A stretch of DNA of 64,000 nucleotides from a virus. The position numbers and the translations under genes were made by a program. Positions 14,211-23,382 of this stretch are shown in pieces. Within the stretch, counting starts at the first letter, position 1. Each line of letters starts with the position of its first letter. The notes under the pieces were generated by a model. That model was not told the origin of the DNA and ran no database searches. It saw nothing but the letters and a program-made list of their open reading frames with translations. The stretch spans positions 1 to 64,000 of the IMG/VR virus record IMGVR_UViG_3300023184_000038. One strand, written 5' to 3'.

Positions 14211-14935
14211 AAACGTTTCAAGCTGCCCAATTCAAACAAGAAGTTGAACAGTTACAATACGATGTTGCTGTAAAGGAATTGTTTGGCAATGATGTTATAT
14301 TAACTTATGAGTTTGGGTATTCTCCACATTTTAAGCCCGAGACCTGGTCCGGACCCTGGCCCTATACCCCGCGTTTACTACAGATGTTAAGAAGATTTAG
14401 TATGATACCATTATGGTACTTACAATTTCTTGTTGATGCATCTCCATCTTGCATAGTTGATCTTGGATGCGGTGCAAATTTTTTTAAACCAGTGATTGCA
14501 AAATTGCACGGAATTCCGGTGCATGGCATTGATCCAACTCCTAATAATACAGCTGCAGACGAGTTATGTAATTATTCTGGTTCTGACTTTAGTAGAGGAC
14601 ACCCCAATGCATATGAAAGTGTATTTTCAATTAACGCCCTTCACTTTGTGCCCTTAAGTGAGTTGACAACTGTGATTAATAACTTTTATAATATTGTTGC
14701 GCCCAATGGTCGTGGGTTTTTAACATTAAATTCTGCCCGCATGGTCGAACAAGCCAATCATGATTGGCTACTAGACAAATTTAATAACATTGAGCCAACC
14801 CCGTTGCAAATTCAAGAGTATGTGTGTGATCAATTGTCTACTCTTAACATTGATTTTTTAGTGATTGATTTGCTGATTGACAAGTTTAGTGACGAGGGCA
14901 TGGATGGAAACATTAGGATGGTATTTAAAAAATGA
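14207..14935 (+). CDS. Class I SAM-dependent methyltransferase
   Basis: IVDLGCGA, HGIDP, VFSINALHF, PNGRG. Confidence 0.82.
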   Translation: MKTFQAAQFKQEVEQLQYDVAVKELFGNDVILTYEFGYSPHFKPETWSGPWPYTPRLLQMLRRFSMIPLWYLQFLVDASPSCIVDLGCGANFFKPVIAKLHGIPVHGIDPTPNNTAADELCNYSGSDFSRGHPNAYESVFSINALHFVPLSELTTVINNFYNIVAPNGRGFLTLNSARMVEQANHDWLLDKFNNIEPTPLQIQEYVCDQLSTLNIDFLVIDLLIDKFSDEGMDGNIRMVFKK

Positions 14936-15345
14936 ATATAGTAGTCACCGGTGCCGCAGGTTATATTGGCGGTGAAATTGCTGAAAATAAAGAGAGGGTT
15001 GCTTTCCTCTTAGAGGACGGAGAGTATCTAGATGCCGACGGATATCCCGTAGACGCAGCACTAGAAATTATCGAGAAGTGGCACTGGGATGATATTTCCG
15101 GATGGTTTAAGTTTATCGAAGATATCTGGTATCTACGCACCTGGGGTTGGGGTACTAAGTTAGAGCAACATGATTACGTAAAGGATAAGCAAGTCCGTCG
15201 TTATCATATATCCACTGCAGGATGGTCCGGGAATGAAAGCATCATTGGAGCAATGCAACAGAATTTTATGCTTTGGAGCCTTACATGGGTTCAGAGTCGC
15301 CGGGGTGGACACTATATTTTTGAATTGAAAGAGTTTGAAGAATGA
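14932..15345 (+). CDS. Hypothetical protein with an N-terminal epimerase-like fragment
   Basis: MNIVVTGAAGYIGG followed by an unrelated Trp-rich domain. Confidence 0.7.
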   Translation: MNIVVTGAAGYIGGEIAENKERVAFLLEDGEYLDADGYPVDAALEIIEKWHWDDISGWFKFIEDIWYLRTWGWGTKLEQHDYVKDKQVRRYHISTAGWSGNESIIGAMQQNFMLWSLTWVQSRRGGHYIFELKEFEE

Positions 15346-15421
15346 CCAATCCTTAAGGTTGACATTAAATGTGGCTTGTGATATAATAGACTCTTAAACA
15401 GTTAATTAAAGGAGTTAGTAT

Positions 15422-15622
15422 ATGATGGCAGCATCCGGTTACAAAACAAAGAAGGATCTCAAAAACTCAGTAGGGAAACCACTGCGGTTCAATGAAACTT
15501 CAATGTTTGGTCCTGAATATCGGTCAACCGGCAAGTTCTGTGTCGTTGGTCCTAGTGCCTATGAACGCAAATGGTTTGCTGAAGTGACCATGCAAGATAA
15601 TGTGATCGTTAAAGTGGCATAG
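15422..15622 (+). CDS. Early hypothetical protein
   Basis: Own promoter, AAGGAG SD. Confidence 0.78.
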   Translation: MMAASGYKTKKDLKNSVGKPLRFNETSMFGPEYRSTGKFCVVGPSAYERKWFAEVTMQDNVIVKVA

Positions 15623-15681
15623 GTTGACATTAAATGGTTTTGGGTGTATAATACATACTTAATCACTTGAAAGGGCCTTAT

Positions 15682-15927
15682 ATGTCTTATGATGTTGATG
15701 AGTTTGTAAATTCTAATCGTTTTAATGTTCAGTTTGATGAAGTTCAACTGGGCCACGATGAAGAAAAAGCATTTGATTTTTTTAAAAATATTGTCAAATG
15801 GGATGTTGAGTCAATGCGTGATAATTCTAATGATGATGCATATCCAGTGATTGTGCTTGAGCGTAACAATAAGCCAATTGCTTGGTACGATCTTGAAATG
15901 TTTTGCGGCTTTGCAAAAGTAAACTAA
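15682..15927 (+). CDS. Early acidic hypothetical protein
   Basis: Own promoter, AAGGG SD before MSYD. Confidence 0.72.
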   Translation: MSYDVDEFVNSNRFNVQFDEVQLGHDEEKAFDFFKNIVKWDVESMRDNSNDDAYPVIVLERNNKPIAWYDLEMFCGFAKVN

Positions 15928-16007
15928 AATCTATATACACCCAATACTTGACAATAAATGGTATTGGGTGTATAATACAATCTTGTTCAGTTAATAAAGG
16001 AATCAAA

Positions 16008-16190
16008 ATGATTACTACTCTCGCACAATTTATCCAGCAATGTGAAGTGTCCACTAACTATGAAATTTACAAATTGTTTGAATTCAAAACTTCCGAGGAA
16101 GTTCGTAACGATGTTTATATGTGGGCCGACCCCAAAAGCCCGGAACCATTTCGTAGTGCTATGTACAATCTAGGGTTTACAAACTATTGA
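16008..16190 (+). CDS. Early hypothetical protein
   Basis: Own promoter, AAGGA SD before MITT. Confidence 0.7.
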   Translation: MITTLAQFIQQCEVSTNYEIYKLFEFKTSEEVRNDVYMWADPKSPEPFRSAMYNLGFTNY

Positions 16191-16249
16191 CATTAAATGT
16201 GGTTTGTGATATAATACAATCTTGTTCAACTAATTAAAAGAGTTTTTAT

Positions 16250-17278
16250 ATGTCTACTATTCGTATTCGTGCAGGCACTTATCGTAAAAAACCTGTAATT
16301 GATCAAGAATTTACTTTAGTTAAAGGATTTACGTCCGGTAAAATTGCCAACTTTGTAACTGTTAAAAATAACGGCAAATTTAAGAAGGCCGGTGAAGATA
16401 TACGAATTACGATTAGTGATATACATCAAATTGAATTTAGTGAAGGAATTCCTATAGTGTCCGATATCTCAGTTAAAACACCTGTCCCGGTACCTTCAGA
16501 AACAGATGACGTTGCCATGGATCGTATTGCAACACGATTTGCGATTCTTGATGAAATGTCAGCAGCTTGTGTTAACGGTAAAATCCGCGCAATGATTGTG
16601 TCAGGACCGCCCGGTGTTGGTAAATCATATGGGGTTGAGACACAAATGCAGAAGGCATCATTGTTTGATAATATAGTCGGTAACAGGATTCGGTATGAAG
16701 TTGTTAAAGGTGCTATGACAGCTTTGGGATTGTATTCTCAACTTTATAAATTTTCTGACTGTAAAAATGTCTTGGTCTTTGATGATTGCGATTCTGTATT
16801 TTCGGATGAGTTGTCATTGAATATATTGAAAGCCGCATTGGATTCAGGTAAACGGCGCAAAATCTGCTGGAATTCTGATTCTAGTTTGCTACGCCGTGAA
16901 GGGATTCCGGATAGTTTTGATTTTAATGGCTCGGCAATTTTCATTACTAATTTGAAATTTTCAAATGTTAAATCTAAAAAACTTCAGGATCATTTGGAAG
17001 CATTGCAATCTAGATGTCACTTTTTGGATTTGACTATTGATAATCAACGTGATAAAATGTTGCGTATTAAACAGGTCCATCGTGATGCTGACGGCGGTCT
17101 ATTTAAAGATTATGAGTTTGATTCTAATGAATCTCAAGTTATCATTGATTTTATGTTTGAAAATCAAACTAAACTACGTGAAATCAGTATGCGGATGTGC
17201 TTGAAAATTGCTGATTTAGTAAAAATTAGTCCTGATAATTGGCGCAATCTAGCCGTTAACACTTGTATGAAAGAATAA
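16250..17278 (+). CDS. AAA+ ATPase
   Basis: Walker A GPPGVGKS, Walker B VLVFDDCD, IFITN, ALQSR. Confidence 0.88.
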   Translation: MSTIRIRAGTYRKKPVIDQEFTLVKGFTSGKIANFVTVKNNGKFKKAGEDIRITISDIHQIEFSEGIPIVSDISVKTPVPVPSETDDVAMDRIATRFAILDEMSAACVNGKIRAMIVSGPPGVGKSYGVETQMQKASLFDNIVGNRIRYEVVKGAMTALGLYSQLYKFSDCKNVLVFDDCDSVFSDELSLNILKAALDSGKRRKICWNSDSSLLRREGIPDSFDFNGSAIFITNLKFSNVKSKKLQDHLEALQSRCHFLDLTIDNQRDKMLRIKQVHRDADGGLFKDYEFDSNESQVIIDFMFENQTKLREISMRMCLKIADLVKISPDNWRNLAVNTCMKE

Positions 17279-17296
17279 TAGTTGCTGTCACGCCTT

Positions 17297-17322
17297 AAAG
17301 GGGAACTTAGGTTCCCCTTTTT
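17297..17322 (+). terminator. Intrinsic terminator
   Basis: aaaggggaac-ttag-gttccccttt plus T run. Confidence 0.75.
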
Positions 17323-17368
17323 GCCATTATCATTGTCTTATTGTTATAAATATAGTATACTTTGTAAA

Positions 17369-18826
17369 ATGAAGAAATGTAAAATTGTTGTTGCGGATGA
17401 GGTAAATGTTAAAATCATTGGATTGGAATTATCTGAACGCAAAACTTTAATGAAAATGTTTGAACATGAAATCCCGGGCGCTAGGTATTTGCCAAGTGTC
17501 CGATTAGGCAGATGGAATGGAAAAGTAAGTTACTTCAGCTTAGGCGGAAGTACTTATGTTAATTTATTAGAAGAAATTATTCCCGTTATAGATAATGCTG
17601 GATATGACATAGAGTTAGAAGATACTAGAGAATACTCTACTAACTTTACATTCAATTCAATATCAGATAATACATTTGAACATAAAAATTGGCCTGCAGG
17701 GCATCCTGTTGCAGGTACACCAATCATTTTACGAGATTATCAAATTACCCTAATTAATAATTTCTTAAGCAACCCGCAATGTTTGCAAGAAATTGCCACT
17801 GGATCAGGCAAAACTATTATGACGGCCGTACTAAGTTATAGTGTTGAACAATATGGACGCAGTATTATAATTGTACCCAATGTATCTTTAGTCACACAAA
17901 CTGAAAAAGATTATATTAATTTGGGACTTGATGTAGGAGTATATTATGGTGGTAGAAAAGAAATTGGACATAAACATACGATTTGTACCTGGCAAAGTTT
18001 AAATATCTTGTTAAAAAATACAAAAGCCGGTACGTCAGAACTTACTATTAATGAATTTTTAGAAAATGTTGTATGTGTTATTGTAGATGAAGTACATCAG
18101 GCAAAAGCCGAGGCCCTAAAAACATTGTTAACTGGCGCAATGAGTCAGATTCCTATTAGGTGGGGGTTAACAGGAACTATCCCAAAAGCAAAGTTTGAAA
18201 GTCAAGCATTGTTTGTAAGTTTAGGTCCGGTTATTAACAAATTAGCCGCAAGTACGTTACAAGAAAAAGGAGTGCTTGCTAAATGTCATGTGAATATTAT
18301 TCAGTTACAAGATAAGGTAGAATTTTCTAATTATCAAAGCGAGTTAAAACATTTACTTGAAGATGCTACACGATTAGATGTTATTGCCCACAGAATACAT
18401 TCCTTAAAGGTAACAGGAAATACATTAGTTCTCGTTGATAGAGTAAATGCAGGTAAAGAATTGGTTAATAGAATCCCGGACGCGGTATTCATAAGCGGAG
18501 ATACAAAAGCTCAAATTAGACAAGACGAATACGATAAGGTATCAATCAACTCTGGATTGGTATTGGTGGCAACATATGGTGTTGCTGCGGTTGGAATTAA
18601 TATTCCTAGAATTTTTAATGTTGTATTAATTGAACCGGGTAAAAGTTTTGTTAGAGTTATTCAATCAATTGGTCGTGGAATTAGAAAAGCAGAAGATAAA
18701 GATTTTGTAAATATTTGGGATATAACATCTAGTTGTAAGTTTGCTAAACGACATTTAACCAAAAGAAAAGAATTTTATCGTGAATCTAATTATCCGTTTG
18801 ATGTGGTTAAAGAAACTTATAAATAA
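17369..18826 (+). CDS. uvsW: SF2 DNA helicase, UvsW-like
   Basis: LRDYQ, ATGSGKT, VDEVH, GLTGT, QSIGRGIR. Confidence 0.88.
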   Translation: MKKCKIVVADEVNVKIIGLELSERKTLMKMFEHEIPGARYLPSVRLGRWNGKVSYFSLGGSTYVNLLEEIIPVIDNAGYDIELEDTREYSTNFTFNSISDNTFEHKNWPAGHPVAGTPIILRDYQITLINNFLSNPQCLQEIATGSGKTIMTAVLSYSVEQYGRSIIIVPNVSLVTQTEKDYINLGLDVGVYYGGRKEIGHKHTICTWQSLNILLKNTKAGTSELTINEFLENVVCVIVDEVHQAKAEALKTLLTGAMSQIPIRWGLTGTIPKAKFESQALFVSLGPVINKLAASTLQEKGVLAKCHVNIIQLQDKVEFSNYQSELKHLLEDATRLDVIAHRIHSLKVTGNTLVLVDRVNAGKELVNRIPDAVFISGDTKAQIRQDEYDKVSINSGLVLVATYGVAAVGINIPRIFNVVLIEPGKSFVRVIQSIGRGIRKAEDKDFVNIWDITSSCKFAKRHLTKRKEFYRESNYPFDVVKETYK

Positions 18827-18861
18827 CTTGACAATCAACATATTATCTGTTATAATAACTT

Positions 18862-19362
18862 ATGAACATATTACTATTAGAAAACATATCATATAATTTA
18901 GATTCGTTACCCGAAGAAATAGATGATCTTAGATTTGCAATATTGGATAATTCAAATCCCCAAAATGTAGATTATCATTATATCCCATTAATTTTTTTAG
19001 AATCATTTAATGCTCCTGCATTAGTAATAAAAATTGGTAAACATACAATTAAAATGCCAGTAGATTGGCAAATATTAATCGGAGAAAAAGAACACGGAGA
19101 TTTAGAAACTTTACCTCTTACTAGTATAAATGATCGAGGATTTAATGTATTTGAATTTAATCCGTTAACATCATTTAGCCCTACATTTTTACCAATTGAA
19201 GTAATTGATATATACCATGATGTAACTTGGTTTGCTCCTAGATTAAAAAATGGACAATTTTTATGTGTTCCATTAGAAGAAGGACCTAAACCTGCATGTG
19301 TATATTTTGTAAAAGAAATTAGTCGTAATTGTGAGATTGTAGACTATAATCAAGCCTTTTAA
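18862..19362 (+). CDS. Hypothetical phage protein
   Basis: 166 aa ORF directly after TTGACA-17-TATAAT (18828-18856). Confidence 0.78.
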   Translation: MNILLLENISYNLDSLPEEIDDLRFAILDNSNPQNVDYHYIPLIFLESFNAPALVIKIGKHTIKMPVDWQILIGEKEHGDLETLPLTSINDRGFNVFEFNPLTSFSPTFLPIEVIDIYHDVTWFAPRLKNGQFLCVPLEEGPKPACVYFVKEISRNCEIVDYNQAF

Positions 19363-19374
19363 TCTTTGTAGAAT

Positions 19375-19959
19375 ATGGCAACAAAAACCCCAATAGATGA
19401 AAAGTTTGAAAAACAAGATTTTAACTTGTTTGATGCATTACTAGCCTTGGATAAAAAAGATTACGGCTACATTGATAAATTAAATGCAGAGCAACAAAAG
19501 AAATTTGTCCCGTATATGATGACACATTGGATGAGTGCAGTTAAAGGAACAGGTGATATTCAAGGATATTATCTACGCAGTGTTGATTATCATGCTAACG
19601 TAAACTTATTCAATGACAATGTGCAGAAACATCCTAAATTACAATGGTTAATGTTATGTGCTGCAAGTCCGGGTATAGGTAAACAATTTCACCAATGGAT
19701 TCCCCATATGAGTGCAAGAGTTACTTCTTTAAAAGACCCGGCTAAATTAAAAGATGTACAAGAATATTATACTAAACTTTATCCAAAAAGCAATTCAGTA
19801 GACTTAGATTCAGTTGCAAATCAGTTTGTATTATCTCATAAACGTAAATGTTATTTGGCTAAAGTATTTCCCGATTTAAAACACACAGATATAGAAACAT
19901 TAGCACAATTAGTAACCGATAACGATATTAGTCAATATGAAAAAGACCTTGGTAATTGA
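19375..19959 (+). CDS. Hypothetical protein (possibly clamp-loader small-subunit-like)
   Basis: FVPYMMTHWMS..HPKLQW..HQWI, weak resemblance only. Confidence 0.6.
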   Translation: MATKTPIDEKFEKQDFNLFDALLALDKKDYGYIDKLNAEQQKKFVPYMMTHWMSAVKGTGDIQGYYLRSVDYHANVNLFNDNVQKHPKLQWLMLCAASPGIGKQFHQWIPHMSARVTSLKDPAKLKDVQEYYTKLYPKSNSVDLDSVANQFVLSHKRKCYLAKVFPDLKHTDIETLAQLVTDNDISQYEKDLGN

Positions 19960-20641
19960 TAACCCGATAAAATTTAGTTGTGAATTCTGTAAACGTGAAT
20001 TCATTAAAGAAAGTACCGTGTTAAAACATATATGCGAGTACAAACATCGGTGGTTAGAAAAAGATACACATTCTAATAGAATAGGATTTCAAGCATGGCT
20101 TCAATTTTATAAAAAGAATTCAACCAGTAAAAAAAATAAAACAATTGAAGAATTTATTAAAAGCGCATATTACATTGGATTTGCTAAATTTGGCACTTAT
20201 TGTATAAATGTTAATGTTATAAATGTAAGCAGATATGTAGATTGGTTATTAAATAGTCAAATTAAAATTGACAATTGGTGCTTAGATAGGATTTATTCAA
20301 CTTTTTTATGTGAATATATTAGAAAAGAAAATGCGTTAGATGCAATTGCTAGAAGTATTGAAACAACAATTAAAGAATCAGTTGATGATAGACTTCAAAG
20401 CCATGATTATATACGTTACGGGAATGTAAATAAGATTTGCTATGCTGTTACCACTGGTAAAATATCGCCATGGATGCTATATATGAGTGAAAGTGGAACT
20501 AAATTTTTATCTGATTTAAGTGAAGACCGAGTAAAAATGATTAGTGATTATATTAATATAGAACTATGGGCTATTAAGTTTAAACGTGAACCGGAAATTG
20601 TAACTCAAGTTAAGGAACTATTACGTGCAGGCGGGTATTAA
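19937..20641 (+). CDS. Hypothetical protein with N-terminal Zn finger
   Basis: CEFCKREF...HIC. Confidence 0.72.
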   Translation: MKKTLVIDNPIKFSCEFCKREFIKESTVLKHICEYKHRWLEKDTHSNRIGFQAWLQFYKKNSTSKKNKTIEEFIKSAYYIGFAKFGTYCINVNVINVSRYVDWLLNSQIKIDNWCLDRIYSTFLCEYIRKENALDAIARSIETTIKESVDDRLQSHDYIRYGNVNKICYAVTTGKISPWMLYMSESGTKFLSDLSEDRVKMISDYINIELWAIKFKREPEIVTQVKELLRAGGY

Positions 20642-20822
20642 AGTTCGTATACCCTGGCGAATAAATGACAATATTCCACAGTGGAATGAAACTTGTGCTT
20701 GGGCTATTGAACAATTTGGGCTGCCCGGAACTAAATTTACAACACATCCTACAGAAGAATATATGGATTTTGTGTTTGTAGATGAAAAAGATGCTGTATA
20801 TTTTTCATTACGATGGTCATGA
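20625..20822 (+). CDS. Small 'F.LRWS' family protein 1
   Basis: Ends FVFVDEKDAVYFSLRWS. Confidence 0.72.
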   Translation: MQAGIKVRIPWRINDNIPQWNETCAWAIEQFGLPGTKFTTHPTEEYMDFVFVDEKDAVYFSLRWS

Positions 20823-21031
20823 GTTCACAACTTAAAATATTTGGTACTGCTGATACTATTATTAGGCTTGCTAGGGAATTAACGATTGATGGTTTAATAA
20901 AAGACATTGATTTTAGTTTTTCATTTATACCGTATAAGTTTTTTGTTGTTGATGGGGAGATAAACTCACATGGAATTTTTATATTTACTGACAGTAAATA
21001 TGTGACATATTATGGTATTAAATGGAGTTGA
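20819..21031 (+). CDS. Small 'F.LRWS' family protein 2
   Basis: Ends FIFTDSKYVTYYGIKWS, ATGA overlap. Confidence 0.68.
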   Translation: MSSQLKIFGTADTIIRLARELTIDGLIKDIDFSFSFIPYKFFVVDGEINSHGIFIFTDSKYVTYYGIKWS

Positions 21032-21291
21032 CTAGAACAGACTATGATAATTATAATTCTTCTATAACATGGGAAGAGAATAAGCCAGGTTGGCATACGC
21101 ATAGTATTACCCTAGTAGGTAATATATGGTATGCAAAATGTATAGAAATGATTAATTGGTTATATGATAATATAGATAAATGCGAACGACATACCAGATG
21201 GTATAGAGTGTATAGAGTTTCAGATGGGGAATTTAATGTTAAATTTAGATATGAGCGAGATTATATGTTTTTTGCGTTAAGGTGGTTATGA
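21022..21291 (+). CDS. Small 'F.LRWS' family protein 3
   Basis: Ends VKFRYERDYMFFALRWL. Confidence 0.72.
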   Translation: MELTRTDYDNYNSSITWEENKPGWHTHSITLVGNIWYAKCIEMINWLYDNIDKCERHTRWYRVYRVSDGEFNVKFRYERDYMFFALRWL

Positions 21292-21575
21292 TAAAGAAAC
21301 GTGCTATGGTCAAAGACAAATGGGGAGATGGTGACTGGGATATTAACGATAAAAGTCTTCAAACTGGTTATGCGGAACATCAACTAAAGTGGCCTTATTG
21401 GGTTGGACCGCGGCACTACTCTGAAGCAGCCAGGTTGGATATGAATGTTTGGATGATAGACACATTTGGCAGCGGTAATTGGGGTATACCTAATGTTCGA
21501 TGGGTAGGAAGTACAGGGAAGTACTGGTTCCGTGATGAATCAGATAGAACTTTTTTTATATTGAGATGGTCATGA
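21288..21575 (+). CDS. Small 'F.LRWS' family protein 4
   Basis: Ends YWFRDESDRTFFILRWS. Confidence 0.72.
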   Translation: MIKKRAMVKDKWGDGDWDINDKSLQTGYAEHQLKWPYWVGPRHYSEAARLDMNVWMIDTFGSGNWGIPNVRWVGSTGKYWFRDESDRTFFILRWS

Positions 21576-21751
21576 CAGTTACTTTACCCTACGATCCGTT
21601 ATGGACCCCTTTAGAATGGACCAAGAAATATTGCTCAAGTTATATTAGCAATGACATACACAAATATGGTAATTCATACGATAACACAAGAATTGATTAC
21701 TTTTTCAGTGATGAGAAGGATGCTATGTGGTTTATGTTGAGGTGGTCATGA
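21572..21751 (+). CDS. Small 'F.LRWS' family protein 5
   Basis: Ends YFFSDEKDAMWFMLRWS. Confidence 0.72.
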   Translation: MTVTLPYDPLWTPLEWTKKYCSSYISNDIHKYGNSYDNTRIDYFFSDEKDAMWFMLRWS

Positions 21752-21786
21752 GCAATAGTATTGTATATACAAATTAAAGGATTATA

Positions 21787-22335
21787 ATGGCAAATGATGT
21801 GATGATTGATTTGGAAACACTGGACACAAGTCCATATTGTGTTATCTTAACGATTGGTGCAGTTAGATTTGATCCTAAAGGTAATGGGGTAGCAGAACGA
21901 TTAGAATTGCGTCCTACAATTGAAGAACAAATTGAAACACACAAAAGAATAATTGACGACAATACCATTGACTGGTGGGCTAAACAAAATCCGGCGGCCC
22001 TTGAAGAAGCAATGGGAGATAAGGGACGTATCTCATTTAATGAGGCTATGGAAATCCTTTATAAGTTTTGTTGGAATCGCAGGGCGGTGTGGTCTAACGG
22101 TGCAGCATTTGACGTTGTGGCTTGTGAAACCTCTTGGCAACAACTTGGAATGAGAATACCGTGGCCATTCTATACGGTACGAGATACTAGAACATTGTAT
22201 GAAGTTGCAGGAGTCAGTCTCAAAGATGGTGGTCACTCTACTACCCATAAAGCAGTAGAAGATGCCGAAAGACAAGCAATTGTTGTACAAAAAGCGTATA
22301 GTAAACTGATTAAAGCTGGAGTGATGCTACCGTGA
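21787..22335 (+). CDS. DEDDh 3'-5' exonuclease (Rv2179c/DexA-like)
   Basis: MIDLETL, WSNGAAFD, RDTRT, HKAVEDA. Confidence 0.88.
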   Translation: MANDVMIDLETLDTSPYCVILTIGAVRFDPKGNGVAERLELRPTIEEQIETHKRIIDDNTIDWWAKQNPAALEEAMGDKGRISFNEAMEILYKFCWNRRAVWSNGAAFDVVACETSWQQLGMRIPWPFYTVRDTRTLYEVAGVSLKDGGHSTTHKAVEDAERQAIVVQKAYSKLIKAGVMLP

Positions 22336-22919
22336 GAATAGATAGTGATATTGACATTGATTTTGGTTCAAGAAATAAATTGCTTGAACTGATTAAGCAC
22401 ACTAGTGCAGCAATGCGTAATGTCAACCCTATTCGCAAACATGCGACTGGAGTTTATGTTACCACTATCCCGTATGACCCGGTACTTGATATCGCAAGTA
22501 TTGATTACACTGTAGCAGAAAAGCGTGGTTATTTTAAACTAGACTTACTAAATGTACATGTCTATGAGAATGTTAAGGACGAAAAACATCTTAATGAATT
22601 GATGGTTGAACCCGATTGGAGTAAACTTAAGGATAAATCTTTTGTTGAGAAGTTAATTCATTTGAACAATCAGTATTACAATTTAGTGAAGATGCTAGAA
22701 CCAATAAATAGTATCCCAAGATTAGCAATGTTTTTAGCAGTTATTCGTCCTGGTAAAAAGCATTTAATTGGATTGCCCTGGCAGGAAGTAGCAAAAACAG
22801 TATGGGATAAGGGAACAGATGGATATGTGTTCAAAAAAGCGCATGCCATTTCCTATTCTTGGCTTGTTGCTGTGCATATGAATCTATTATCTGAACAGGA
22901 ACACAAAGATACTAAATGA
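22332..22919 (+). CDS. Miniature DNA polymerase III alpha (DnaE)-like protein
   Basis: DIDIDF, KHATGVY, FKLDLL, AVIRPG and YVFKKAHAISY in only 195 aa. Confidence 0.78.
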   Translation: MRIDSDIDIDFGSRNKLLELIKHTSAAMRNVNPIRKHATGVYVTTIPYDPVLDIASIDYTVAEKRGYFKLDLLNVHVYENVKDEKHLNELMVEPDWSKLKDKSFVEKLIHLNNQYYNLVKMLEPINSIPRLAMFLAVIRPGKKHLIGLPWQEVAKTVWDKGTDGYVFKKAHAISYSWLVAVHMNLLSEQEHKDTK

Positions 22920-23300
22920 TTAAGGAATTCGTTTTACTAAAGTAATGCTACGGCGTTTACTTCGCCGTTTATGTAATTCAGTCATACTACATGTTGGGCC
23001 GTGAATTATGACCAAACTTTTGTTATTAAAAGTACGCAGATAGGGCTTAAAAATTGCCCATTCATTTTTTAAAAAAAGATTTATGGGTATAAGACGATTT
23101 GATTCCCACCACCAAATGTCTCCTAATACTAAGAATTTTTCTTTTAATACATTCTCAAGTATAGCACCATAATCGTATATTGTAGTTACAACATCATCTC
23201 TGTTTTGAACAATTCCAACATAATCCTGCATTGCATAAGAACAAACCGTTATAAACGGATGAGAATCGGTTAGTTTTTTGAAGAAATCGTTAGGTATCAT
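22920..23300 (-). CDS. Hypothetical protein
   Basis: 126 aa ORF, WWWESNR.IPINLFL. Confidence 0.75.
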   Translation of the reverse strand: MIPNDFFKKLTDSHPFITVCSYAMQDYVGIVQNRDDVVTTIYDYGAILENVLKEKFLVLGDIWWWESNRLIPINLFLKNEWAIFKPYLRTFNNKSLVIIHGPTCSMTELHKRRSKRRSITLVKRIP

Positions 23301-23382
23301 TTACATTGTTATTTAGTAATGGATAGCCAAACTTAATAAATTAATATATTGAAGACTAAATACATAATAGGAAATTACATTT

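Larger units (their letters stand above)
15359..16215 (+). promoter_or_regulatory. Four tandem near-identical sigma70 early promoters (15359, 15624, 15948, 16187)
   Basis: Each is TTGACA(T/A)TAAATG...TATAATA with a 17 nt spacer, one before each gene. Confidence 0.85.
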
